Made by a program: the position numbers and the translations under genes | The notes under the pieces: model-generated | Seen by the model: the letters and a program-made list of their open reading frames with translations, nothing else | Told to the model about the DNA's origin: nothing | Databases searched by the model: none | Origin: Macrostomum lignano | Lineage: Eukaryota | DNA length: 64,000 bases | Assembly (NCBI GenBank): GCA_002269645.1 | Contig: NIVC01001661.1 | Location: 190,131 to 254,130 of the forward strand | Reading direction: 5' to 3' | Shown: piece by piece, positions 37,886 to 50,808 of the stretch | How positions within the stretch are numbered: the stretch's first letter is position 1 | Layout: each line of letters starts with the position of its first letter

Positions 37886-40800
37886 ATGTCGTTTGCCTCT
37901 TCCCGAATACTTTTGGCCATTAGGCAGACTCGCCTAGCAACTAGTCGGCTCCTGTCTGACTATGCGACCACTCGGTCCAACCTGGCTATTAACAAGGATA
38001 CACGAGTCATCTGCCAGGGCTTCACTGGCAAGCAGGTGAGGTTTATGGGATTTCGCCTTCACTCTTAGATACTGCCTGTATTTTTAAGATTAAGCCCTTG
38101 TCTCTATCCCAATAGGTTATATTGTTTCATCTGGATCCCATATAGCTATCCAGATCCCAACTGGATTCTATCCAGATCCTAACTGGATTCTATCCAGATC
38201 CCAACTGGATTCTATCCAGATCCCAACCAGATTCTATCCAGATCCCAACCAGATTCTATCCAGATCCCAACCAGATTCTATCCAGATCCCAACTGGATTC
38301 TATCCAGATCCCAACCAGATTCTATCCAGATTCCAACTGGATTCTATCCAGATCCCAACTGGATTCTATCCAGATCCCAACTGGATTCTATCCAGATCCC
38401 AACCAGATTCTATCCAGATCCCAACTGGATTCTATCCAGATCCCAACTGGATTCTATCCAGATCCCAACCAGATTCTATCCAGATCCCAACCAGATTCTA
38501 TCCAGATCCCAACTGGATTCTATCCAGATCCCAACCAGATTCTATCCAGATTCCAACTGGATTCTATCCAGATCCCAACTGGATTCTATCCAGATCCCAA
38601 CTGGATTCTATCCAGATCCCAACCAGATTCTATCCAGATCCCAACTGGATTCTATCCAGATCCCAACTGGATTCTATCCAGATCCCAACCAGATTCTATC
38701 CAGATCCCAACCAGATTCTATCCAGATCCTAACTGGATTCTGTCCAGATCCTAACTGGATTCTGTCCAGATCCCAACCAGATTCTATCCAGATCCCAACC
38801 AGATTCTATCCAGATCCCAACCAGATTCTATCCAGATCCCAACCAGATTCTATCCAGATTCCAACTGGATTCTATCCAGATCCCAACTGGATTCTATCCA
38901 GATCCCAACTGGATTCTATCCAGATCCCAACCAGATTCTATCCAGATCCCAACTGGATTCTATCCAGATCCCAACTGGATTCTATCCAGATCCCAACCAG
39001 ATTCTATCCAGATCCCAACCAGATTCTATCCAGATCCCAACTGGATTCTGTCCAGATCCCAACTGGATTCTATCCAGATCCCAACTGGATTCTATCCAGA
39101 TCCCAACCAGATTCTATCCAGATCCCAACTGGATTCTATCCAGATCCCAACCAGATTCTATCCAGATCCCAACTGGATTCTATCCAGATCCCAACTGGAT
39201 TCTATCCAGATCCCAACCAGATTCTATCCAGATCCCAACTGGATTCTGTCCAGATCCCAACTGGATTCTATCCAGATCCCAACCAGATTCTATCCAGATC
39301 CCAACTGCATTCTATCCAGATCATAGCTGAATTCTAGCCATATCCCAGCTGGGTTCTATTCAGATCCCAGCAGGATTCTATCCAGATTTCAACTGGATTC
39401 TATCCAGATCCCAACTCAATGCAATCACTCATGCCCCCAACCGCATCAAGCCTGACATCCCGAACCCCCGCAGGGCACCTTCCACAGCACCCAGGCAATC
39501 GAGTACGGCACCAGGATGGTTGGCGGCGTGTCGCCTGGCAAAGGCGGCCAGACGCACTTGAACTTGCCCGTGTTCAACACCGTGTCGGAGGCGCGCAAAG
39601 CTACCCAGTGCGATGCCACAGTTATCTACGTGCCCGCCCCGTTCGCGGCGGCCGCTATACACGAAGCTCTGGACGCCGAGGTGCCGCTGATTGTGTGCAT
39701 CACCGAGGGCATCCCGCAGCACGACATGGTCCGCGTGCGCCGCCGGCTCAGCCAGCAGACCAAAAGTCGCCTAGTTGGGCCCAACTGTCCGGGTGTGATC
39801 GCTCCCGGCCAATGCAAGATTGGCATCATGCCCGGGCATATTCACAAGCCCGGCAAGATCGGCATCGTGTCCCGCTCGGGCACCCTCACTTACGAGGCTG
39901 TGCACCAGACTACGGTGAGATGTTTCTTCGTCTTGCAGTTTTAGTTCCTCCTCAGAATCTCGGTCCCATTTTGATCGGAATCCCCAATCAACACAAATCC
40001 CCATCTCTATCGGAATCCCCAATCAACACAAATCCCCATCTCTATCGGAATCCCTAATCAACACAAATCCCCATTTCTATCGGAATCCCTAATCAACACA
40101 AATCCCCATCTCTATCGGAATCCCCAATCAACACAAATCCCCATCTCTTTCAGAATCCCCAATCAACACAAATCCCCATCTCTTTCAGAATCCCCAATCA
40201 ACACAAATCCCCATCTCAATCAGAATCCCCAATCAACACAAATCCCTATCTCAATCAGAATCCCTGATCAACACAAATTCCCATCTCAATCAGAATCCCC
40301 AATCAACACAAATCCCTATCTCAATCAGAATCCCCAATCAACACAAATCCCTATCTCTATCAGAATCCCCAATCAACACAAATTCCCATCTCAATCAGAA
40401 TCCCCAATCAACACAAATCCCTATCTCAATCAGAATCCCCAATCAACACAAATCCCTATCTCTATCAGAATCCCCAATCAACACAAATCCCTATCTCAAT
40501 CAGAATCCCTAATCAACACAAATTCCCATCTCTATCGGAATCCCCAATCAACACAAATCCCTATCTTTATCGGAATCCCCAATCAACACAAATCCCCATC
40601 TCTATCGGAATCCCCAATCAACACAAATCTCCATCTCTTTCAGAATCCCTAATCAATACTAATCCCCATCTGTATCAGAATCCCCAATTTAATCAGAATC
40701 ACTATTCAACACTTATCCCCATCCCAACACCCAGCATCCTCCATCAATCCAAGGGAAAGCAGCAATCCTCATTACAAAAAGCATCCCTAAATCTGTACTG

Positions 40801-41204
40801 CGCAGGTGACGGACCTCGGCCAGACTCTGTGCGTCGGCATCGGCGGCGACCCGTTCAACGGCACGAATTTCGTCGATTGCCTAGAGATATTCCTGAAGGA
40901 CCCCAACACCGAGGGCATCGTCCTTATTGGCGAGATCGGCGGCCAAGCCGAGGAAAACGCGGCCGACTACCTGCGCGAGCACAACACCGGCCCCGATGCC
41001 AAGCCTGTGGTGTCATTCATTGCCGGCGTCACGGCGCCGCCCGGCCGTCGGATGGGCCACGCCGGCGCTATAATTGCAGGCGGCAAAGGCGGCGCCAAAG
41101 AGAAGATTGCGGCGCTAGAATCGGCCGGCGTTGTTGTGTCGAAATCGCCAGCCCAGATGGGTCAGCTGATGCTGGCCGAGATGAAGCGGCTTGGCAAAGC
41201 CTGA
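37886..41204 (+). CDS. SUCLG1: Succinate-CoA ligase subunit alpha, mitochondrial (exons 37886-38035, 39474-39914, 40806-41204; ~329 aa)
   Basis: Motifs [10 protein letters not shown]|[55 protein letters not shown] and RMGHAGAI (phospho-His). GT-AG phase-0 introns. Arg/Ser/Leu-rich transit peptide. Confidence 0.97.
38130..39415. repeat. 22-bp minisatellite filling SUCLG1 intron 1
   Basis: Unit CTGGATTCTATCCAGATCCCAA, with a CCAGATTC variant. Confidence 0.97.
39975..40690. repeat. 35-bp minisatellite filling SUCLG1 intron 2
   Basis: Unit AATCCCCAATCAACACAAATCCCCATCTCTATCGG. Confidence 0.97.
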
Positions 41205-41987
41205 AGAAGCTGCGGGTTTAGACAGGGGCAAAAAATAATTCGTATAGGATGATGCTGGCATTGCTACTAGCGACAGTAGAATCTTTCGATTCTTGGATTT
41301 TTTGCTCTAATTTCTGCTGTCGAGATGGATTTTATTTGAAAAAACCCTTGCTCTACTGTTAGTAGTGTCGAAAAATCAACATTAGTGAAAAAAAACTATT
41401 GGAATTTGTTTGTTCATCCTTATGTATGCTTTTTAAATTCTAAGAATACTTTATTGCTGTCGGATTAACAATTAGGTAGGGCCTACTTTGTCGCCTTCTT
41501 TCCCCCGTTAGCAAAAATTTATTATTAATTAGTGTGTTCTTTTCAAACCCTTTGTAGGCTTCAGAGTAACAAAATATATTTCAGGTAAAGTAAATCTGCA
41601 TCTTCTTTGAACACCGCCGTCTGTTTTTTATATAGCAAGCAATTTTCTGAGAAGGAAAAAGATAAAAAGCTTTTTTGTGCTAGCGTGAGCTCAGCGTGTT
41701 GATAAGTATAAAACCCGTTTAAAGTCAGATTAATATTTATATGCATGCATAAAATATTAGTCTGAATTTAAACAAAACATACTATTATGTATTACATATT
41801 TAGACTTAACAAATGCATTATGAAAAACATCTTCGTGCGGTGAAGTTTAACAAATTTAATTCATAATTTAAACTTTTCTTTTATTAATCGGCTTATTTAT
41901 TATGCCTATTCTGTAGGAATTGTAAAAATAGGAATTTTCGTGTATTGGTTCTTAACGTCCATAAATGGGGACGCTTAAATTGGTTCT

Positions 41988-43665
41988 TCGATGGGGCTCT
42001 TCCCTGGTCCTTTAATGAGGCTCTTCCCTGGTCCTTTGATGGGGCTCTTCCCTGGTCCTTTAATGAGACTTCCCTGTTCCTTTAATGGGGCTCTTCCCTG
42101 GTCCTTTTATGGGGCTCTTCCCTGGCCCTTTGATGGGGCTCTTCCCTGGTCCTTTGATGGGGCTCTTCCCTGATCCTTTACTGAGGCTCTTCCCTGTTCC
42201 TTTATTGATGCTCTTCCATGGTCCTTTTATGAGGCTCTTCCCTGGTCCTTTACTAGGGCTCTTCCCTGGTCCTTTACTACGGCTCTTCCCTGGTCCTTTA
42301 CTACGGCTCTTCCCTGGTCCTTTGATGGGGCTCTTCCCTGGTCCTTTGATGGGGCTCTTCCCTGGTCCTTTAATGGGGCTCTTCCCTGGTCCTTTGATGG
42401 GGCTCTTCCCTGGTCCTTTGATGGGGCTCTTCCCTGGTCCTTTAATGGGGCTCTTTCCTGGTCCTTTACTGAGGCTCTTCCCTGGTCCTTTGATGGGGCT
42501 CTTCCCTGGTCCTTTAATGGGGCTCTTCCCTGGTCCTTTGATGGGGCTCTTCCCTGGTCCTTTAATGAGACTTCCCTGGTCCTTTAATGGGGCTCTTCCC
42601 TGGTCCTTTTATGGGGCTCTTCCCTGGCCCTTTGATGGGGCTCTTCCCTGATCCTTTACTGAGGCTCTTCCCTGTTCCTTTATTGATGCTCTTCCATGGT
42701 CCTTTTATGAGGCTCTTCCCTGGTCCTTTACTAGGGCTCTTCCCTGGTCCTTTACTACGGCTCTTCCCTGGTCCTTTACTACGGCTCTTCCCTGGTCCTT
42801 TGATGGGGCTCTTCCCTGGTCCTTTGATGGGGCTCTTCCCTGGTCCTTTAATGGGGCTCTTCCCTGGTCCTTTGATGGGGCTCTTCCCTGATCCTTTACT
42901 GAGGCTCTTCCCTGTTCCTTTATTGATGCTCTTCCATGGTCCTTTGATGAGGCTCTTCCCTGGTCCTTTACTAGGGCTCTTCCCTGGTCCTTTACTACGG
43001 CTCTTCCCTGGTCCTTTGATGGGGCTCTTCCCTGGTCCTTTGATGGGGCTCTTCCCTGGTCCTTTGATGGGGCTCTTCCCTGGTCCTTTAATGGGGCTCT
43101 TCCCTGGTCCTTTGATGGGGCTCTTCCCTGGTCCTTTGATGGGGCTCTTCCCTGGTCCTTTAATGGGGCTCTTCCCTGGTCCTTTGATGGGGCTCTTCCC
43201 TGATCCTTTACTGAGGCTCTTCCCTGTTCCTTTATTGATGCTCTTCCATGGTCCTTTGATGAGGCTCTTCCCTAGTCCTTTGATGGGGCTCTTCCCTGGT
43301 CCTTTGATGAGGCTCTTCCCTGGTCCTTTGATGAGGCTCTTCCCTGGTCCTTTAATGGGGCTCTTCCCTGGTCCTTTGATGGGGCTCTTCCCTGGTCCTT
43401 TAATGGGGCTCTTCCCTGATCCTTTGATGGGGCTCTTCCCTGGTCCTTTGATGGGGCTCTTCCCTGGTCCTTTAATGGGGCTCTTTCCTGGTCCTTTACT
43501 GAGGCTCTTCCCTGGTCCTTTGATGGGGCTCTTCCCTGGTCCTTTAATGGGGCTCTTCCCTGGTCCTTTATTGATGCTCTTCCATGGTCCTTTTATGAGG
43601 CTCTTCCCTGGTCCTTTACTAGGGCTCTTCCCTGGTCCTTTACTAGGGCTCTTCCCTGGTCCTCT
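41988..43665. repeat. 24-bp minisatellite with higher-order blocks
   Basis: Unit GGGGCTCTTCCCTGGTCCTTTGAT. A variant block recurs near 42172, 42649, 42891 and 43202. Confidence 0.97.
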
Positions 43666-43815
43666 ATTGGCATTTTTCAATGCGCCGCTTTCATAGCCTT
43701 CAAATGGACTGCTTGGCTGGTTCTCAACAGGCCTCTTAGCCACTAAGTTAGTTTAAGCAGTTTACCCGGCTCAAATTTACATTATTCGTTGACATAATAT
43801 TCAATATCACTCCAG

Positions 43816-45984
43816 CAGCGCCAGAGGCCTACTCAGGCATCGCCGACACCGCCGACCGACAGCTCCTTCGGCGACGTCAACGTTGAAGACTACGACGCCC
43901 TCGACGATGAGGACAATGAAAAGCGTCTGGCCGCTCGCGCCGTCGCCATGGTGATTGATAGCTCGCGTCGCGGCGGCGTAGTCACGCTGTGCGCCGACGT
44001 GGCCAGCCTTCTTCGACGTCAGCGCGGCCTGGAGCTCCGCCTGCGTCGCTTGACAGCAGAGAACGCCGAGCTTCGGGTTGCTGCCGCCTCCGCTGCCGTC
44101 TCCACCGCTGACGAGTCCAGATCGCGAAGCTCGTACTCAACCTCGCCGTCGCCGTCCGCTTGTTCAACAGCCGCCACCGCGGCGACGACGCATTCGTTGA
44201 CTTCGCTGCTAACGCAGGCGACGCAAACTTCCGATGAGGCTGCCGACGTTGTGGACGGCTCCGAGCTGCGCCACGCGATGCGCCTGAACTCCGCGCTGGC
44301 AGTTCGACTGGCTCGAGCGACTCGACAGCTGGCCGCTGCTGAGGCGGCGTCGGCAGCCACGGAGTCTGGCCAGAAACTGTACCAGAAGCCGATGATGAGG
44401 CGCCGGCGTCAGTCTCCGATGCGGTGTGTGGCTTGGCTATCTGTTGAGTTGTCGTCACAGGATCGGTGACCCCTAGTAATGTAGGTGCCCTCACTTCCCC
44501 ATGGAGGATCAGTGACCCCACTTCGAGCCCCATAAAGGGTCAGTGACCCCAATCCCCTGCGAAGGAGGGTCAGTGACCCCACGTCTCCATAAAGGGTCAG
44601 TGACCCCAATTCCCTGCGAAGGAGGGTCAGTGACCCCACTTCCCCATAAAGGGTCAGTGACCCCACTTCCCACAAAGGGTCAGTGACCCCAATTCCCCGC
44701 ATTTTTAGGGGTCAGTGACCCCTATTCCCTGCGGAGGGGCAATGACTCTAATTCCCCTTGAAGTACTCTGTAAGCTCTGTGACTCCGATTCACCCTGAAC
44801 GGCATCAGTGACCCCAATTAACCGTAAAGAGCATTAGTAACCCCGATTCACCGTGAAGAACATCAGTGACCCAGATTCACCGTGAGCAGCATCAGTGACC
44901 CCAATTCACCGTGAAGAGCATCAGTGACCCAGATTTACCGTGAAGAACGTCAGTGACCCAGATTCACCGTGAGCAGCATCAGTGACCCCAATTCACCGTG
45001 AAGAGCATCAGTGACCCAGATTCACCGTGAAGAACATCAGTGACCCAGATTCACCGTGAGCAGCATCAGTGACCCCAATTCACCGTGAAGAGCATCAGTG
45101 ACCCAGATTCACCGTGAAGAACATCAGTGACCCAGATTCACCGTGAGCAGCATCAGTGACCCCCATTCACCGTGAACGGCATCAGTGACCCCGATACACC
45201 GTGATGGACAGCAATTGGAGTGACCCCAATTCACCCTAAAAACCATTAGTGATCTCAGTGCCCTAAGAAAGGGATTTGTGACCTTAATCCCCTGCAATAG
45301 GAAATCGTGACCTCATATTTTCTCAGCTAAAAATCGTAGAGATAATATCTCGATCAGTGGAATCGATCTACCGTTAGAAATTATTGGTTAATGTTAATTT
45401 GAAATCTAGATTAGCCATTGGCACAGTTCCTGGGCCATTAACTATGCCAAAATGCTAAATATAAGCATTTATATCGTTGAGCAACCCGACCCATGCCATT
45501 TCTGTTCGTCAGGTGTTCCGCCGGCCGGTTGCTCAACTCAAATTCGAAATTCGATGATAGCCGTAAGCAGCAGCAGCCGCCGCCGCTAATAATCCTGCCT
45601 GGCTGTCCCTGCCTAGACTGCTCTTCCGTGTCCGTCTCCGTCCACGCCGCCGCCGCCACCGTCACGACGTCAGTCGGTCGGATCCGAGTTGGTGACGTCG
45701 TCGTCCTACGCGACGGTCGCAGCGGTCGAGTCCGCGGCTTCGAGCACGGCGACGCGTCATCGATTGCGCTCCGTCTGGCGCCCAAGTCGCGGTTCGCTTT
45801 GTCATTGTCTGCGGCATCGTCTGCGGCAACTTCGGCGGAAGCTGCAGTCGACACGACGTCGGAGTCGTTTTTAGTCGATCTGGTTGACATTTCTAGCGTT
45901 CGTCATCAAACTGGTGAAAATCAAGCCGTATCAGCTGCTGATGCCAAGCCTTCTGTAGAGTACTTTGTAACTGACTACTTGTAG
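43816..45984 (+). CDS. Hypothetical protein with coiled-coil segments and a C-terminal KOW/CAP-Gly-like motif (exons ~43816-44423, 45513-45984; 5' end unresolved)
   Basis: Two GC-rich open frames joined by CG|GTGTGT and TTCTGTTCGTCAG|G in matching phase 2. Contains LRRQRGLELRLRRLTAENAELR and IRVGDVVVLRDGRSGRVRGF. The first in-frame ATG is at 43948. Confidence 0.6.
44500..45260. repeat. ~29-bp intronic minisatellite, two sub-arrays
   Basis: Core CAGTGACCC. The left units carry the palindrome GGGTCAGTGACCC. The right units are CATCAGTGACCCAGATTCACCGTGAAGAA, arranged in triplets. Confidence 0.9.
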
Positions 45985-46068
45985 TAGACTGTATAGAAGT
46001 TCAATATGAATTTTGGCTACTATTTTCTATAATGATCAGAAGTCAGTGTGAAACTTTAGTCAAACAAA

Positions 46069-46496
46069 ACCGGAAGTTTGAGTATCCATCACCATTAAGG
46101 ACCGGAAGTTTGAGTATCCGCCACTATTAAGAACCGGAAGTTTGAGTGTCCGCCCCTATTAAGGACCGGAAGTTTGAGTATCCGCCCCTATTAATGACCG
46201 GAAGTTTGAGTATCCGCCACTATTAAGAACCGGAAGTTTAAGTATCCGCCACTATTAATGACCGGAAGTTTGAGTATCCGCCCATATTAAGAACAGAAAG
46301 TTTGACTATCCGCCCCTATTAAGAACCGGAAGTTTGAGTATCCGCCCCTATTAAGAACAGAAAGTTTGAGTATCTGCCCTTTTTAATGACCAGAAGTTTG
46401 AGTATCCGCCCTTATTAATGACCAGAAGTTTGAGTATCCGTCCCTATTAAGAACCGGAAGTTTGAGTATCCGCCACTATTAAGGACCGGAAGTTTG
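46069..46496. repeat. 32-bp minisatellite (~14 units) with an ACCGGAAGT core
   Basis: Unit ACCGGAAGTTTGAGTATCCGCCACTATTAAGG. Ten units keep a perfect ACCGGAAGT. Confidence 0.95.
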
Positions 46497-46999
46497 TTTT
46501 TCTGCCCCCATTTATTATATTTTAATAGATTTAGTACTTAGAAGTGTTGCCAACCCACTCTGCTTTTTGCAGAAATCAATTTTCGTCTTTTGGACGCACA
46601 GTTTTTGTGGTTGTATAATTAATCTCGATTTCTTCCATCCTCTTATGCCCGTGTTTTGCTGGCTTTATTTAAATCTGGCGCTGATTTATCTATATTGTGT
46701 ACTTTTCCGTTCCGTCCTGTCTTCACATCTTGATGTGATGTACTTTTAATGCCTTGTACTTTTAAAGTACACAATGCATCCATTCAGCTTTTAATTAGTG
46801 GTAAATTGCTTTTTCTAATTATTCAAAAGTACAAAGTACAACCGACTTTGCCGGGCCAAGTTTATATTGGCAATGTACTATTATTTAGATTGTTTTAACT
46901 GAGTTTAGAATTGTTTGCTAATAAGCCTATAATTAGTTTTCTATTATCTATTCCTCATTTCATTCGAAATAAAAATTGGGATTTAAACCCCTATAAAAT

Positions 47000-47340
47000 T
47001 GAGGCGGTCACATTTTAACTATGTGACCATTTTGTGACCGTCAATGTGAACCTCGAATGTGACCAACAAATAGGTAAAACGACCAGTCATGCCAAATTGC
47101 ATATTCGCTTTTTTGACGTTTATATTTTTCTTAAATTAACCCAACACACGAGGCTCACAAAGACGGTCTTTTCATCTTCTGACAGTCACATTTGTGGATC
47201 ACATTGGCGGTCACATTGGCGATCACAATGACGGTCACATTGACGGGTCATATTGATGTTCACGTGAAGGACGTGTCAAATAAGACAGTCGAATTGCGAG
47301 GTCACATTAACTGACGGTCACATCACGGTCACAAGTATGA
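47000..47340. mobile_element. Small fold-back MITE-like element built from GGTCACA motifs
   Basis: TGTGACC copies cluster on the left and GGTCACA copies on the right. Boundaries and TSD were not resolved. Confidence 0.4.
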
Positions 47341-47638
47341 TAAGCAGTGTCACATTTTTTACTGTCACCAAAAAAATTTGCGACCGTCCCTTCTTTATAC
47401 GGGAAAATTCGCGGCTTGGAATTCGATTTTCTATTGAATTGATTCCGATTTTTTAGCTCTATAAGACTCAGAAGTTTTTGATCAATGGGTGGCGTCGCTT
47501 GAGTGAAAATTAATAACTCAATTAGCATTTTTCTTAATTAATCTTTGCTGCAACAAGACAAAGTTGAGTCTACTGCTTGAAGAAGCTGTCATACAGAGCA
47601 CTAAAAAATCATATAGATATTATTTTATTTTATTCTTA

Positions 47639-49620
47639 ATGTCGTCAAAGTTGCGCCAACAATTAGCAGCGGATAAAGATGACGTCATACCGCCGAAAGT
47701 TGCCGCAGCGGCTGCCGCGGCTGCCAATGCAGCAGGCAGCGGCCCGAACAGTCGGGCGTTTCAAGCCACCGCCAGGCGTCAGCGAATGTGCACCTCTAGG
47801 GCTGTTGGCATTGTTGAACAGCTGGCCGGCCAGGGCAGCGTCGGCATGGTGTACTTTTCGAGAGTTGTGAGTTCGGGGTGCTCAGTTTTGTTGCTGAGTT
47901 AAATGTGGTAGAATTTAAGGATAGAATAGACTAGATTTATAGTAGATTCGGGAGTAGAATATAGGGGCAGAATAAAGTCTATTTTAGTAGATTCAAGGGT
48001 AGAAATGAGGGGTAGAGTATTTTTTCAATGTATTCAGAAGTAGAAATAAAGGGTAGAAAATCATATTTTTAGTAGATTCAGTAGTAGAAATTAAAGATAG
48101 AATAAAATACGAGTATGTTTTAGTAGATATATAGGAGCATAAATTAGGGCGGAATAGAAGACGAAATAGATTAGGGATAGAACGATGGTAGAATGGTAGG
48201 GTGGATTCAAAGCTCAGCATAGCGGTTTTCCCCGTCTCTCCCCATCCGCAGCTGATCTACCTCAGCCGGCAGCACTACCTGGACGCAGTTACTGAGCGCA
48301 ACTTGACCAACTCTTGCGGCTTCCCGCTGTGCCCTGAGCCGCTGAGCCCACTAGCGACAGAGCGCAACAGCAGCGCTACCGGATCATTGCGTCTACTAGG
48401 CGGTGTACGATGTCACTCGGCGAAAGGTGACAGATAGATCTGGCTAAACTCGGGTGTCTTATTGCCGGGTATCGGATGTCAGGTAGCCAGATGTCAGGTG
48501 TCAGGTAGCCAAATGTCAGGTAGCCAAATATCAGGTAGTCAAATGTCAGTTAGCCAAATGTCAGGTAGTCAAATGTCAGGTAGTCAAATGTCAGGTAGTC
48601 AAATGTCAGGTAGTCAAATGTCAGGTAGTCAAATGTCAGGTAGTCAAATGTCAGGTAGTCAAATGTCAGGTAGTCAAATATCAGGTAGCCAATTGTCAGG
48701 TAGTCAAATGTCAGGTAGTCAAATGTCAGGTGTCAGCTATCGCGAGGTGAACTTCTCAATGCCATCGCTCAGTGCTACTGCTCCGATGCCTGCTTCGCCC
48801 AATCGGCCTACGTACACGATAAACTCATCCCGGAGACTCCGCTGTGGCTTCGCGTCGGCGCCGATGCTTCCGCCTCCTGCGTCGATCCGCCGCCGCTCAC
48901 CGCCGACGCCCTGACGGAGACACTCGCCGCAGTGGAGCCGCGGCCTGGCGACCCGGTGGTCCTGGACGCCGTGGCCGAAGATTTGGACCGGCTGCTCAAA
49001 ATCAGCGACAAGCCGCAGGCGTCGGAAGTCAAGGAGGCGCCAAAGTTATCGACGGAGACGCCGGCCCAGCGGCCGAGTCTGGCCTGGCTGGACCGGCTCG
49101 TCCAGTCGACATCGACGGCTACCGACTCGGCGCCGTTTGCGACGTCCACAGCGAGTATGCGGGCCGATCCGGAGACTGCAGCGTTCGCCATCGCGTCCGA
49201 TTGGTTTACCCGGGCCACCAGGGACTTTCTGACTAATCGGAGCAGACCCATGGCGTCAGCTGGCACCGCTGCTGACAGCGTCGCTAAGGCTACCGTTCGG
49301 TTGCTAAGCAACGAAGTAGCGACCCCGTTGGCAACCAAAAGAAATGTTCCTTCCGCTGTTAAAAGCTCGTCCAATTCGAACTCCGTGAAAATTGTTGAAC
49401 GATTTCCCTCGTCCTCTGCTGGCAAGTAACTGTGTTCGAGCCTTTTTGGCTATCAGCCTTAGTGAGTTAGTTAGGTAGATTCATAGGTAAGTAGGTAGTT
49501 AGGTATTTAATTAATTAGTTAGTTACTTAGTTAGTTAATTAGTTTGTTTGTTTGTTTGCTAGTTAGTCAGTTAGTTAGCTAGTTAGTTAGTTAGTTAGTT
49601 AGTTATTTAGTTAATTAGTC

Positions 49621-49673
<53 letters not shown>

Positions 49674-49712
49674 TTTAGTTAATTAGTCAGTTAGTTATTT
49701 AGTTAATTAGTC

Positions 49713-49747
<35 letters not shown>

Positions 49748-49780
49748 CAGTTAGTTAGTTAGTTAGTTAGTTAATTAGTC

Positions 49781-49839
<59 letters not shown>

Positions 49840-49932
49840 CAGTTAGTTAGTTAGTTAGCTAGATAGTTAGTTAGTCAGTTAGTTAGTTAGTTAGTTAGTC
49901 AGTTAGTTAGTTAGTTAGTTAGTTAATTAGTC

Positions 49933-49973
<41 letters not shown>

Positions 49974-50808
49974 TGTGATGATGGGGCTCAAGGGCTCGGT
50001 CCTTTCGTGCCCCTTTCCCAGACCCGGGTTCGTGTACTGACCCTGGCTGCGGTCCTCCACTGACACGCGTACGACGCGGTGTCCGTCGGGACTAGGCTGC
50101 TCGAGCGTACGACGCACGACAGCCTACAGACTCGCGTACGACGCAGAGCTGCTTGGGGTGGGACCGGCGTACGACGCACTTAATCCCTCTAAGGTGCCTA
50201 GTACAGATGCAGACCCAAATGACGTACAAATTGGAAGGCTTACCAGCCGCGATTTCAGTCGTACAAGAAACAGCGCCGTCAGAGCAGTGGTGATCTCGAT
50301 ATTCTTTACTTATATATTTGTCTAGCAATTCTGCGAGGAATAGCAATTCAGCAACCAACGCTGGCACAATCGCCGAGGAGCCACGAAGACGACGAGAATG
50401 GGGTCTCAAGGGGGCCGAATAAATAGGCAGCAAACTGGGGGTTGAGGGCGCGGGATAAAGGCAGAAAAGGGGGCTTAGACATCAGCCAAGGCAACGCATG
50501 AGCTGTACCAGCCAATCGCCGGGGCGCAGCACGGCAGACTGGGACTGGCAGCCAATCACAAACAGGGGCGGGGCAGCAAAGCTAACAAAATAATGGGGCG
50601 GGGTCGCACAGGGGGGGTCGCACGCAGAGCATGGGGGGGGGGTTGACTCAACAGAAAAGGTCTAGGCAGGGAGGGGAGGGGTACGCACGCGCAGAAGTGC
50701 AGGTGAGTGAGTCAGAAAATATCTAAGGAGGGGGGAGGGGGAGAGGACGGCCCACTGGCCCGGTGCAGCAACTAAGCAAAGAGCACACTGTCATAACACA
50801 TTCATGAC

